From assembly GCF_037042905.1 (NCBI RefSeq), contig NC_087251.1:10790001-10854000 (forward strand): a DNA stretch of 64,000 nucleotides, given 5' to 3'. This DNA is from Lytechinus pictus (lineage: Eukaryota). Positions 37,901-49,852 of this stretch are shown here, one piece after another (within the stretch, counting starts at the first letter, position 1; each line of letters starts with the position of its first letter). Under the pieces are notes generated by a model, which was not told the origin of the DNA, made no database searches, and worked only from the letters and a program-made list of their open reading frames with translations. The translations under genes were made by a program, and so were the position numbers.

Positions 37901-40900
37901 CCCAATTGTGGAATGCTGCCCTCTCTTGGAAAGGGTTATATATTGTGTAGAAGCGCCGTGGTGTAACGGTTCTGACTCGCCTTGTAATCAGAGGGTAATG
38001 TGTTTGAATCGCACCATAGCCTAGCGTTCTTTAGCAAGGAGTCAATCCACACTTTGCCACTCTCACCCAGGTGCTAATTGGGTACCGGTAGGAAACAACC
38101 GTCATTGTGATTGGTTTAGCAAAATGTGCGCCTAACAGGCTGCTTGAAATACTATGATAAAATAGCAGTCGTAGATTGATAAATGCCAATTATTATATAT
38201 GTGTACTATCATTGGCCCTTATTGGCCAGCTTTGTGAAGTAAAGAGGCTCCATCTTATCGACTGAGACGACCAACATTATTGTGACTGTTTTTTTGTTTA
38301 ACGATGCTTGTCCTTGATCCTGTCACTAAATAATAGATATGCTAATAAAGATGAAACTTGTTCAATACCAATGGTTGTCTGTTCATCATTCTTAAACATT
38401 CCCAGTTCACTTCAGTCATAAATCTTTTAAACGTTTGATTAAAAACTGGTCAGAAATGACTGCAGGCATAACAAAAATATTGTCAATTTCAGAATTTTAA
38501 TATTTCCTTAAGGCTGAGAGACAGGAAATTCAGGATGATAAAATGGTGAACATTAACTTTGTTGCTGGTGGCACTGATCTGTTCAGATCATAATCACTAA
38601 TAAGTAATACATTTACTTATCATAACCACTAACCCTTTCATATACACTGTTTTCTCAGATGAAGGACTTTCTTCAGATTTTAATGAATGCAGAGCAGGGA
38701 TACAAATCAGAAAGTGAGATAAAAGAAGAGAAATTGCAGGAGAAGAAATCAGAAGATGATATCCATGCTTCAGTTGATGAACAGGAAAATGAAAGCTACT
38801 TCAAGAAGAGCAAGAAGACAACTCTAACGAGGGATGAGATATATGGTCAGGTATGTGTATCTATGTAATCATTTTTTTTCAATTCAGTTAGTTAGATATA
38901 TCTTTCAGCAATTTTGATTAATTTTCTGTTCTGTTTGCATACATTTTTTTTTAGATTTCCGAAACCAAAAAGAAATCTTTAAAACCCTTCATTATTAAAG
39001 TTTTCTTTATTATCCGAAAATAGAGAATTCAAAATTGTAATAGATGTAAAACGTATTTGTGTTATAGAATAAAGAGGAAAAATGCACTATTCAAACATTT
39101 TAAAAGAAAGACTGGACAATTAATATGAAGTGTTTGCAACTGACTGTTTTCACATTATCAAAACGTTTCATAAACGTTGAAAGATTCCATTGCATGCTGG
39201 TCATTTATAATCTAAGCTTCATATTTTCTCCCTAATTATTTCCATTGTCTGTGATGATTAAGGCCATTCTTTTTGTTTGTTATGAATGAGATGACCTCTT
39301 AAGATATTTTGTTTTACTATGTGTATATATTTCATGCATGTGTAGTACGGGGTTCTGACAATTTCACATTCCTAGTACTCTTAACACAGAGGCAGCCCAG
39401 CAGACATGTTGTCAGGTTGAGAACCTACTGGCCAACTCCCAGGTTTTAATTATTCAAAGCCTTGTTGCATTCTTTGTAACATTCCATGCAAATTAGTTAA
39501 GGCACATCAATATTCATATAAATGTAAATCAATTAACAGAGTTTAACTGAATATTCAAATATACAAACAAAAGATATATATTGACTATTCAAACTATATG
39601 CAAATTATCTAAGCTTGAGTGCATCAACTTAACATTTTAACCAATCAGGAGAGAGGTGGAAGGAGAGGGAGAGTAAGAGAGAGAAAGGAGTGAAGGAAGC
39701 TGTATGAAGGATGGTGGAGTGATTTAATACAAAAGAACCTTGTGTGAGGAGTGTACAGCAGTTAATGTGTAAGAGAGAGCTGTACAGAGTTAGGATGAAA
39801 AGGGTGGATATAAATGAGGGATGTTCTAATATAAAAAGGGGATGATTCCTGAATAAGAATGGAAAGAAATAAACGTACAAAATCAATCCCTACACATGCA
39901 TAATTTCAAGACAATGTATTTTTACTTGCCTTCTTCCATTTACTAGGCTATGATATTCTTTTTGGCTGGTTATGAAACCGTCAATGTCACTCTTGGATTC
40001 TTGGCATATGCCATGGCTGCAAATCCTGATGTTCAAGAAAAACTCATTGAAGAAATTGACAGTCTGACTCCAACTAGAGATGATGTTAGCTATACATCCA
40101 TTGCAAAGATGCCTTATCTGGACAATGTTGTCTGTGAGACTCTTCGACTCTACCCTGCCGGTATTATGTGAGTATTTAATTATAAAACAAGGATCAAGGA
40201 TGTAGCAAATAGCATGTGCATGCATGTGCAAGTTGCATGCTCATGCTTAAATTCTGTGCAACCTTCTAGCCATGCATTTTTGATGCAGCACTGTGCATTT
40301 TTATCTCACGTGCATAGCAGAATGAGACTGGGGGGGCACTCACATATATTGGTGGTATGGGGACGTGCCGCTTGCATGACCCCCTTTTTCAGACCTAATT
40401 TTCAGTTCTCTAGATACTCCGAATGACAAAATTTCAGTTCAGAAGCCGCCCAGCCCCAATCGCAAGACATATCAGTTCCCCAGCCCTGCCAAAATTGTCA
40501 AGCGCGATCGCCACATGCGAGAGATGCACGCACAGCTTCGCAACTCACTCCATATACATGTAACTAGTAGCCACTCCATGTATGTCTAGCGCATGCACAG
40601 CGCTAGCGTGCACGTAATTATATAGTGCCGCGATCCCGTTCCGTAGACCCTGTTTTTCACACCGCGCGGTATATATTTAGTTCCCAAGATCCCGTACTTT
40701 ACCATTGTAGTCAGTTTCTTAGACCCCATTTCTGAGTTTCGTGAGGCACACCCCCATCAAAAAATGATTTGAGTGCTCCCCCCCCCCCCCCCCCGGGACT
40801 ATAGGCGCCGCTTTTCCGACGGCGTCAACACCAAATCTTAACCAAAGATTAAGTTTTTGAAATGACAGCATAACTTAGAAAGTATATGGACCTAGTTGAT

Positions 40901-43900
40901 GAAACTTGGACATAGGTTTGATCAAGTATTACTAAACATCCTGCCCGAGTTTCAGGTTACATGACCAAGGCCAAAGGTCATTTAGGGTCAATGAACTTAG
41001 ACCTTGTTGGGGGAGTCAATATCGAAATCTTAACCTAAGGTTAAGTTTCTGAAATGTCATAACTTAGAAAGTATGTAGACCTTGTTCATGAAAAAGGGTA
41101 ATCAAATATTACTGAACATCCTACTTGAGGTTCAAGTCACATGATCAAGGTCAAAAGTTATTTAGGGTCAATGAACTTTGACCAAGTTGGGGGTATTTGT
41201 TGAATTACCATCATAACTTTGAAAGTTTATAGATCTAATTCATAAAACTTGGACATAAGAGTAATCAAGTATCACTGAACATCCTGTGCGAGTTTCATGT
41301 CACATGTCTGAGGTCAAAGGTCATTTAAGATCAATGAACTTTGGCCAAGTTGGGGGTATTTGTTGAATTACCATCATAACTTTGTAAGTTTATGGATCTG
41401 ATTCATAAAACTTAGACATAAGAGTAATCAAGTATCCCTGAACATCATGTGTGAGTTTCAGGTCACATTACCAAGGTCAAAGGTCATTAAGGTTAATGAA
41501 CTTTGGTCATGTTGGAGGCAATTATTAAATTGCTGTCAAAACTTTCAAAGTTAATGGATATAGTTTATGAATTGTGGACATATGGGTAATCAAGTATCAC
41601 TGACAAGTCTTAGGTCACATGATCAAGGTCAAATGTCATTTAGAGTCAATGAACGTAGTATTGTATCATTATATGAATGGTGTTTTTGTGAATGAATATT
41701 TTATAGTAGTTTTCAAAGTCAGCACTGCTGCTGTATTGAATCGCGTAATGCAGGTGAGACTGCCAGAGGCGCTATACTTGTTGGTGTATTGTTTTCCCCA
41801 TTGCGCATAAAAGCTGGGATAATATTTGAAATACATGTTCTTTCAAAGAAAAACCCATTGGTAAGGATTTTGATGTGCTTATACATGCATACGCATAAAT
41901 ATTCCTGTGAAGTCATGTTAGAAAATGGATGAGACCGCTTCAAACAAACTTTTCTATAAAATATTTCTTCTACCAATTTATTTCTTAAAACATTTTGTGA
42001 TGTTAATGACAATATAGGCATCTCCAATATTTTCGGTGTTGTTACATATTGTAAATACCCTTGAGTGTGCAGCATCGCCACATAACACTTGATCATAAAT
42101 GTGCATTATTTGTATAATAAATGGCCATCTTGTGGGTGAGAATAGATGCCTTTTAGTAATTGACATAACATTTGTAGTTGCAAGATAAAATGAGAAGCAT
42201 TATGTAGTTTGTTATTGTAAACCCCAGCCAAATATTTACCAAACAAAAGCAGGATTTTCATGTCAAATTATGCCATTATGCTTTTGCCCTTAATTATTAC
42301 ACTTTTGAGGGCAAAGGAGTATGTACATTTAATACTATAAAGCAATACATTGGGCATTGGCAAACTCATCTGAAGGAGGCCAATGATGCTCATTGGAGAG
42401 ACCTGCGGGTCATAGTTCTGTGTGCGTGCCCTTCTAGGCGACCCAGATTGGCTGGCTCCTCCAATGCGCCTTTGACAGATATATCACGCCATACAAATGC
42501 TGTGCATCATCATCATTTGTTAACATCTCTCTGAATGTTATCATCACATGTATGCTTATTTAGAGACTCGGATCATGTTTTTTTATTTTCCCCTTGGATT
42601 TATCATTGATTTATGCAAAAAAAGTACCAGAGATGATTCTGAATCTGAGCCTTTAAAGAGGATAATTTTTTTAAAAGGAATCTGTTCTTTTTATATTACC
42701 TATTTAAAGACATAATTCTGTGTGTCACACATGAAATTATGACTTTTATGTCAAAATTATGACCTTTGAGATTCTGGATTACTACTTTTCATATTTAAAG
42801 GTTGGCAGCTCTGCAGTTACATGTTATTGAATACCATATGTATATCCTATTCTTCAGAACTGAACGAGAATGCAATGAAACTCATGTTTGCAATGGTATC
42901 ACTATTAATAAAGGGGTTCAAGTGATGTTCCCTGTCTTTGCCATCCACCGTGACCCTGCAATCTGGCCTGACCCAGAGAAGTTTGACCCTGATAGGTAAG
43001 TTTTCAATGGTTTATTTTCACTTGGTCTAATGCCAATTTGTCTAGTTGCCAACTCGTCTACTATCATTTGGTCTACCATCAGTATGTCCAATATCAACAT
43101 GGTTTATTTGCCATTTCATCCACTCACTGTTTCATCTAATAACAAGTTGGTCCATTAGCCATTTAGTCTAATTAATCTAATTAGACTAAGTGTTAAAGCA
43201 GATACGAACCGATAGCGCCATCTCGAGTCCTCAACTTCTCATACCTGGCCAGTTTCCTGGCCCATAATGCTAGTGTAGTCTAGTAATATAGACCCACTTG
43301 AATGATAACATGTTAATTACGTATTCAATACATTTATACCGCAATAATTATGTTACCAAGTAGCAAAACAATTACTTTTCCTCTCAAAACATTTTAGTTT
43401 CTCTAGATACAAATACAATTATTGGTCAATTTATTATCTGTAGTATTAGTAGATATCTAAAAACGTATATTTTAAGACTATTTATTTATAACACACATTC
43501 AATGAGAGACCACACACAGTTCACTCCTCCTTTAATTGGGCAAAATGAATGAAAATAAAATGGATATTAGACCAACTGGTTATGAGACGAAATTCTCATA
43601 GATGAACTGGTAATTAGACGAAGTGATAATTGGACCAAATGGTTATTGGACTAAATGGTTGTTAGACGAAATGTTAATGGACGGAATGGCATTAGACTAT
43701 AAATGAAGGTTGACCATGTGGTGAGTGGACGAGTTGGCAGTAGACAAATTGGCAATTTACTGTTTCCAACTGTGTATTATTATAATCACATAAAGGAGAT
43801 GTTATCAAGGGGAAGATTGGGTTTCATCCAGCACAGATTGATTCACTGAGAATTTCAATGTAATTGGATGCATTCTTTTATCTACTTTTGGAAACAAGTG

Positions 43901-46745
43901 TTCATGTATGAGAAACTGTTCAAATTAAGGATCATTATTTACTAACAGTGTTTGTTGTTTGGCCCTAATTCTCCTATGCATTTACTTTTCTGTTCTTGTG
44001 TAATTTATACACACAAGGGAATATTCTACACTTAACCTTTATTTGAAAAGAGCAGTGAGCATTGCCTCTGTCTATCTAGAACAAGTGATGGATTGTTTTT
44101 CCAGTTGAAGGTAGCATACAGTATACACTAAAATAAAGGTAAGAATGAATTCCTTCGCTGCGGGTAGAATAAACAAATATGCAGGTCAAGTTCTAAAATA
44201 TCTACAATTTTTTTCAGTGCAATAGAATTTGAATAGGAAAGATTTTGATGGGCACAAATATGGAGCAAATTGAAAGCTGGAAAAGAAGATTTTGTTTAAA
44301 TTTCATAGAGCATATCATAGGTCATAAATGTAATTCCACCCTGTACTGATTAAGCAAAGGAATTATGTAGAGCTTCATGTGACCTTTGAGAAATCCTGGG
44401 CGAGAGTCGTACAAATCTTTTTCTCTTTTTTGTCATTGATGAACAAACAAGGCCTTCATTTTCTTCTTCGTTGATAGATTTACTAAGGAGAATCGTGAAG
44501 GGCGCCACCCATTGGCCTGGTTTCCATTCGGTTTTGGTCCAAGGAATTGCATCGGGATGAGGTTTGCCTTGATGGAAATGAAGATGGCCATCATTCGTCT
44601 TCTTCAGAAGTACCGCTTTGAAACCTGCCCAGATACTTCAGTAAGTTTGTATTGTGCAAGAAACCATATCATAATGATCACAAGATGTTGATTATCTCCA
44701 ATATCAAAGACTTCTGTTAATATCAGTGTCCAATGAATGTCAGAGACAGTCTCCAGTTTGCGAGACAAGTTCTGCTTCATTTGCTGTAAAGGGGTTACCT
44801 TGGCGATTAATATATGTATATTTTTATAGAAATGTAACCCCCCTTCACTGTTGACTTTAATGGGGGTACTTCAGGGCTGAAAAAAAAGAAAATATGCAGA
44901 TTTAAAGAAAAATCAGACAAACAAAACACTTAAAACTTGATTAAAATCAGAAAAGAAATAACAAAGTTACTGTATTTTTTTTTTAAGATTTGCAATTATT
45001 TTGGGGAAACAGTTCTATTCATGTCTTCATGAATATTCAGTGAGGAAATTGACCATGTTGTATCCCCACTTGAAATTATGTTTATTCAAATTATTCATTT
45101 TTTTCCTCCAAGAACTGCAAAATTTGATTCACTACTGATTTGATATTCATTAGATATTCATTGCTGCAACATATTTTATGATAAGGGACACATGTCATTC
45201 ACACATGTATGAAAAAACTTGATAATTATGATTTCTTGTTATAGTATAAGAAAAAGGAAAGTCGGGGTATAACATCATTAGCTCGCCTAATGAATATTTA
45301 TTACGACATGCATATAACTTTTTTCACAAAATTTTCAGAAAATATTTTAAATTCAATAACTTCATAATTTGTTATGAGATTGGGATGAATTTTCAGCATT
45401 TTACTCGGTGAATTTTACTCTATTTATTTAGATATTATTTCCAGCCCAGAGTACCCCTTTAAACGTTCTCCCACAACTCTTGTTTTTATTACATTTTTGT
45501 TACAATGTAGGCCCTAAACGAAAGGGCTTCGAGCAGTCAGGAATTCAAAGTTAAAATTTGTTTTTATTCCTGTTGAATGGATGAGGCCGGTTTAACCTCA
45601 CATGTTTGGCAACCACCCTTTCTTCCTCCCCCTATCACCTCCACCCTGTATGATCCAGTGCATCCTTAACCCAACCCTCCTTCTCTTCTCCACTTTCTTC
45701 TGTGTCTACACTTAGGCCGTCCTTTCCTCCTTGAAGTGCCTATGTCAACCTCATAAGCACTTCTTATAACATGCCTATCATACGATCCTCAACACTTGCC
45801 TAAACCTATGCACATGATTATTCTTTGTCAACCATCACTGCTTTTTCAACCCCATATCAGCATCAAACCTAATTTTTCTTCCTATCCTTTTACTCTACAC
45901 CACACATTGCTCTCTCTCTGTCCTCAAAATCCCTTTCTAATCTTGCTTGAACACCATATCTCGCTTATATACGACTTTTGTCACCCCAAGATTTACCTTC
46001 AGACCCGTATTCTCAAATGATTTCTTCCATTTAAAAAAACTTCTCCACAAGTCTCTCCAATGTCTCACTCTTCAAAACCAACCTATGAGGATACAATATA
46101 TCTCTCATCAACCCTCCTTTTGTACTCTCGGTATAAACCACATCAATCACATATGAATGGCGACAGTACAGAACCTTGATGCACACCTACCGTTTTCTGA
46201 AACTCCTCAGACAACGTAGACCATACTTTCCTCTTGTCTTTGTTCCTCCATACAATCTAATCACTGCTCTAAACATTGACTTTGTTCCTCCCTCATCACC
46301 CACTCCATGTAGTCTCAAAGACAAAACTTTGGTTCAGAAAATTCTGCAATTGTTAGTTTTGTTTATGTTACACATTGCAAAAATGTCTACAGCATGACAA
46401 ACACAGTTACTGGTCAGACTAGTGCTTTTGAGCCGAATACAACCAAGGCTTTAAATGAAAATGTCAGAGAATTGCAAATTTCAAGAATTATTGTTGCCAT
46501 AAAGTTTAGGCAAATCCATTTTTACCATTGCATTGATTTGATTTACTGTCCCTACTAATGTCACTACATAATTACAATTACAAGCTTGTTTTCAGTTAAC
46601 TGATTTCTCATAATCAATAATAATGTTTTTTTTTCTCTCTTCCCCCCCCCCCTAATCCTGTCCTGTTCAGATTCCTCCTAAATTCTCCAAGATGAGCCTT
46701 AAACCTGATGATGACCTATATCTTTGTGTTGTGGAGAGAAGTTAG
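19884..46745 (+). CDS. cytochrome P450, clan 3 (CYP3A-like), multi-exon; first coding exon not located
   Basis: 12 GT-AG exons join in frame without stops. Motifs: [38 protein letters not shown] heme motif. Exon sizes 94/53/89/163 match my recollection of human CYP3A4 exons 2/3/6/12. Confidence 0.93.
20083..20261. mobile_element. PIF/Harbinger MITE, same family as 12763
   Basis: TACCTCAGTCACATTTGCTCTAT...ATAGAGCAAATTTGGCCGAGGTA with TTA TSD. Confidence 0.75.
20933..21887 (+). mobile_element. DINE-1/Helentron-type non-autonomous element (Pearl/Tsp-like architecture)
   Basis: subterminal IR GTCTCACCTGCA / TGCAGGTGAGAC, (GGC)n microsatellite, ~162-bp core repeats, CTTGT end, T-run insertion site. 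Confidence 0.8.
22028..22080 (+). CDS. CYP exon 3
   Basis: ag|[18 protein letters not shown]|gtaag, 53 bp. Confidence 0.9.
22106..22436 (+). mobile_element. short DINE-1/Helentron-type element
   Basis: TATGCCTGTC / GGCGGGCGTA subterminal IR, (GTCT/GTCC) microsatellite, internal ~56-bp duplication, CTTGT end. Confidence 0.6.
22982..23078 (+). CDS. CYP exon 4
   Basis: [36 protein letters not shown] bounded, phase-compatible. Confidence 0.9.
23555..23671 (+). CDS. CYP exon 5 (WxxxR)
   Basis: [39 protein letters not shown]. Confidence 0.9.
23944..24527. mobile_element. Kolobok-like palindromic MITE
   Basis: AGGAGAATGAAAC...GTTTCATTCTCCT with TTAA TSD and long inverted arms. Confidence 0.85.
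24600..28983. mobile_element. foldback (TU-like) element with very long modular TIRs
   Basis: Arms 24600-27011 and 27473-28983 are reverse complements. Each has an outer tandem TTCATTATTTATAAATAATGA domain and an inner unique domain. Flanked by GTATGG(T). Confidence 0.9.
25449..26051. mobile_element. Kolobok-like MITE nested in the foldback left arm
   Basis: AGGACAAGTCCACC...GGTGGACTTGACCT with TTAA TSD; empty site TTTATTAACAATGCC seen at ~25155 and, inverted, in the right arm. Confidence 0.9.
29103..29191 (+). CDS. CYP exon 6
   Basis: [29 protein letters not shown], 89 bp, ag/gtaag. Confidence 0.88.
29361..29912. mobile_element. CCCGGG-ended MITE (inverted relative to the copy at 51262)
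   Basis: ~46-bp TIR CCCGGGGGGGCCACTT.CATTGACGAGTGGATACCATGCGCGACCA. Confidence 0.9.
29918..30936 (-). repeat. inverted duplicate of 49696-50124 joined to 52422-53001
   Basis: Reverse-complement match read by eye; lacks the transposon nest present at the other locus. Confidence 0.9.
30940..32400. repeat. degenerate (GATA/GACA)n microsatellite tract
   Basis: long runs of GATA/GACA plus a (GAT)n patch; also present at 29270-29360. Confidence 0.95.
32440..35000 (-). mobile_element. composite non-autonomous element (Helentron/DINE-like end) with two tRNA-like cassettes
   Basis: terminal hairpin AGGTGATCTGT-N5-ACAGACCACCT next to (AAAG)n; duplicated ~220-bp module (32585 and 33731); left boundary approximate. 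Confidence 0.55.
32920..33056. mobile_element. Harbinger-type MITE
   Basis: inverted GTTTCATAAAGCTGTTCGTAAGTTAAGAGCGACT arms, CTG flanks. Confidence 0.75.
35062..35330 (-). mobile_element. tRNA-derived SINE with L2-like tail
   Basis: On the minus strand: GTGGTCTAGT A-box-like head, central CACTCGACCCAGGTG..AATGGGTACC block, GCGCTATATAAAT followed by (ATT)n tail. Confidence 0.7.
35400..35625 (-). mobile_element. decayed L2/CR1 LINE 3' fragment
   Basis: minus-strand translation [16 protein letters not shown]...[10 protein letters not shown] resembles the ORF2 C-terminal WNxLP motif; contains a stop. Confidence 0.55.
35839..35984 (+). CDS. CYP exon 7
   Basis: [36 protein letters not shown]..., ag/gtgag. 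Confidence 0.9.
37240..37370 (+). CDS. CYP exon 8
   Basis: [43 protein letters not shown], phase-compatible. Confidence 0.88.
37950..38195 (+). mobile_element. tRNA-derived SINE, related to the 35062 copy
   Basis: GTGGTGTAACGG A box, GTTTGAATC B-box-like, CACTCTCACCCAGGTGCTAATTGGGTACCGGTAGG central block, ATTATTAT tail. Confidence 0.65.
38659..38850 (+). CDS. CYP exon 9 (H helix plus long charged loop)
   Basis: [11 protein letters not shown]...LTRDEIYGQ, ag/gtatgt. Confidence 0.9.
39947..40167 (+). CDS. CYP exon 10 (I to K helices)
   Basis: [12 protein letters not shown]...[16 protein letters not shown], ag/gtgagt. Confidence 0.95.
40300..41781 (+). mobile_element. second copy of the 20933 DINE-1/Helentron-type element, interrupted by an insert
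   Basis: same subterminal IRs and core repeats; GAGACT|ATAGGCG is split by the 40328-40797 insert. Confidence 0.8.
40328..40797. mobile_element. G/C-run-ended MITE nested in the previous element
   Basis: GGGGGGGCACTCA...TGAGTGCTCCCC..CCGGG inverted ends; absent from the 20933 copy. Confidence 0.7.
42858..42995 (+). CDS. CYP exon 11
   Basis: [46 protein letters not shown], ag/gtaagt. Confidence 0.95.
43008..43762. mobile_element. MITE with inverted arrays of ~20-bp subrepeats and a possible TTAA-flanked insert at 43197-43531
   Basis: GTCTA-containing repeats on the left mirrored by TAGAC repeats on the right; boundaries approximate. Confidence 0.55.
44478..44640 (+). CDS. CYP exon 12 (heme-binding Cys)
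   Basis: [35 protein letters not shown]..., 163 bp. Confidence 0.95.
44861..45458. mobile_element. diverged Kolobok-like MITE related to 17363
   Basis: GGGGTACT..GGGCTG / CAGCCC.GAGTACCCCT ends, TTAA flanks, similar internal blocks. Confidence 0.7.
45560..46345 (-). mobile_element. decayed RTE-like LINE 3' fragment
   Basis: purine-rich minus strand with an RRKGRPK-like C-terminal motif near 45720; no intact ORF. Confidence 0.4.
46671..46745 (+). CDS. CYP last coding exon
   Basis: ag|[24 protein letters not shown], strong pyrimidine tract upstream. Confidence 0.88.
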   Translation: MPPKFSKMSLKPDDDLYLCVVERS

Positions 46746-48460
46746 ACCAGAGACAAAAGATGGCAAAGATTTGATGCCCAAAAGGCTCTAAGTAATATTA
46801 TTGACCCAGTCATTTAGGGCAGAATGCATTTAAATATTTGTAACAGGTAAATGAATCAGCAGCTGTAATTTCTATTGATTTGAATTTACAGCATATATAT
46901 ACGGTTTGAATGTGAAACAAAATTAAGTGATTGTAGGTATTTAGCATCACTCAACATTAAGACTCATGTTATCATATTTTTAATGAAGCAATAGCATATC
47001 AGTTAAAAAACTCTTCACACAACAAAACATAGAGTAGAATTTTGTTTTAATAATTCTAATTTCTTCAGGAGGATCTGTAAGTATTATTTGTATTGCATTT
47101 TTGGCATTTTAATTTGATTTGATATTTTACTTGTTATGTTTCATCAAATTTAGTTTTTCAAGGTAAAAGCTCAAGGCGATATTTGTTCATCATATTTTCA
47201 AGAGGATTTCATTGCAAGGAACAATACGACAATAGGTGATGGGGCATATGGCCCTTTTGGAATAGTATTCTTGTCATGATTAAATATTTATGATGAAAAA
47301 TGTTGTGTGCCATAAACTGGGTCCAAGCAAATTACATTTTTTAAATCAGTCTTACTGCAAAATATCATCTGATACGTATGTTTTAATGCAACACATATTT
47401 GCAATTTAATTGTTTTTCAACTTAGATGATGTAACTTTGTGTGTAATAGTGCATCTAAAATATCTTAATGGAATGAGGAATATATAGTCATCCCATGTAA
47501 CATTTTACATGTACAGATTAAACTCATGTTTTGTTACATTTGATATTCATAGACCCAAAGTATGAATAAGGTGACTAGTTCTATACTATAAAGTTGACGT
47601 GTATGTTTATTTTAGTAAGTATTGTAATTCAAAACGATTATTCTTGATTTTAATTATATATTTCACCTTCATATCAAAACTTTTAAATTTGTCTTTATTG
47701 CATTCATTAGATTTAGTTTGTCCATGGACCTACATGTCACTACTCTGAGTAGAAGGTCCATGCTTTGTCAAAGAAGTATTATCTTATAGAAGTAATTTTC
47801 ATTGCTTGAAATTATTCTCCTTATATCATGTTTTATGTTCAGAATTTCATATAAAAGTTTCTCATGGTTTGTGCATTTGATGTTTTTTTATCATTAATAA
47901 ATACTTTTATCAACTGATAGTGTTTTGACACATTCCTTGATATGATCAAAATTCTGTTGCTGAGCCAAAGCATGCCATTGAATAAAACATGTGTGTACAA
48001 TGTATTTGTAATAATTTTCAATCCAATCTGAGCTAGTGCATAATGTTCCATTTTAACAGATTAGGGCCTGCTGCATGATGACATGTAGGGGTTTCAATGT
48101 GTTATTTTTTCACTCATGTATTTGATTTTATTTTATTTTTGGTAAACTCAAAAGCTATTCATATTTCATATAAAATCATAACATTAGAAATTTTTTTTTC
48201 TCTCTTCATGTATGATATTAAACATCAACTACTCAGTCATATGTCTCATTGAATGTTATCATATATATATTTTTTTTAATTGTAAACAAAGATTATTGAA
48301 TAATTTGATAATAAACTACACAAAATAACTCAAATGTGGGTGTTTAATTATTACATAATATTGTATTTTTCTATCGAGATGAGTGAAACTGAAAGAGTAG
48401 AAAAGGACAGTCATTAATAAGTCACTACCATAGAATAGAAATTAACCCCAGTTACATACA

Positions 48461-49625
48461 TAGTAGAGCGGATAAGCCGAACAATTGTGCAAATTATGAC
48501 TAAAGCATGAAACTTTCACAAGTATTAGTTTATGCCGTAAGATTTATTTTAAAGATGGGAGATAAATTCATAAATGTCATTTTTGGCCGTTGCCATGGCA
48601 ACGGATTAATTTCTCAAAAATAATGTACATTTCCATGTAAATGGTAAATAAGTATGATATAGATGACCAAAATGATAAGTTTCAGGCTCCCAAATGAATA
48701 CATATGAAATTTAGAAATATTCAAGATCACCAAGATAGTTCTAATCGGTCCGTTGCCATGGCAATGCCTTTTTTTTTCCCAGAAAAATGAAAAATTTGAT
48801 TAAAAAAACATTGTAGAATATGATTTATCTTTAATTTCCCCCAATTTTACAGTGCTAAACAAAGATATTTTGGTTGCTAAATGTATAAATTACATTTCAA
48901 GCTATTGGCAACCAAATAACTTCTAATTTACAAAAATAACATGACTGACAAGACAATGGACAGGTGGAAAATACAATTGGAATTGACTTAATCTGTATGC
49001 TTAAGTTTTGACCCCCTCATTTGAACAAAAAATACAGAAAGTGTTCTTTATAAAGATGAATAATTATGTTGCCTTGGTAATGCTTGAATTAAATTTTTTT
49101 TAATGTTGCAAAGGGCCTGTTGCCATGGCAACAGCTCATTTCCCTCTAGAAAGGTTATTTGTTATTTTTTAAATTAGATGTTATTTGGTTGCCATGGCAA
49201 TGGCTTGAAATGTAAATTACACATTTAGCAACCAAAATATCTTTGTTTAGCACTGTAAAATTAGGGGAAAATAAAGATAAATCATATTCTACAACGTTTT
49301 TTTAATCAAAATTTTTATTTTTCTGGGGAAAAACAAGCCGTTGACATGGCAACGGACCAATTTGAACTATCTTGGTGATCTTGAATATTTCTAAATTTCA
49401 TATGTATTCAATTGGGAGCCTAAAAATTATCATTTTGGTCATCTATATCATGTTTATTTACCATTTACATGGGAATGTATGTTATTTTTTAGAAATTAAT
49501 CCGTTGCCGAAAATGGCATTTATAAATTTACCTCTCATCTTTAAAATAAATCTTACGGCATATACTAATACTTTCATGCTTTAGTCATAATTTGCACAAT
49601 TTGGTTCGGCTTATCCGCTCTACTA
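48461..49625. mobile_element. foldback-type MITE with multiple X-box palindromes
   Basis: TAGTAGAGCGGATAAGCCGAAC TIR with ~400-bp inverted arms; ATACA on both flanks. Confidence 0.85.
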
Positions 49626-49628
49626 ATA

Positions 49629-49852
49629 CAGTTGTGTGTGCTCAAAAGTTAGTGAACCCTAACAGAAATTGCACTCCTTCATACCGAGTGTTGAATGTAG
49701 ACAACGGTACAATGTTCGGCAAGCCCAGATAAATTTATTGAATGTAATATTTTCTCACCTGACTCTACAATTAGATATCTCTTAAAACAGAACTTGAACG
49801 CTAAAATAGGTTAATTTTTTTGGTAAAGTTCACTAACTTGTAAGCACCACTG
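49629..49852. mobile_element. Tc1/mariner MITE
   Basis: CAGT..GTGCT.A.AAGTTAGTGAAC imperfect TIR with TA flanks. Confidence 0.7.

Noticed and set aside
19884..46745. Calling the P450 thromboxane synthase (TBXAS1) or a specific CYP3A ortholog
   Set aside because: The I-helix Thr is retained, and orthology needs a phylogeny, so no symbol is given
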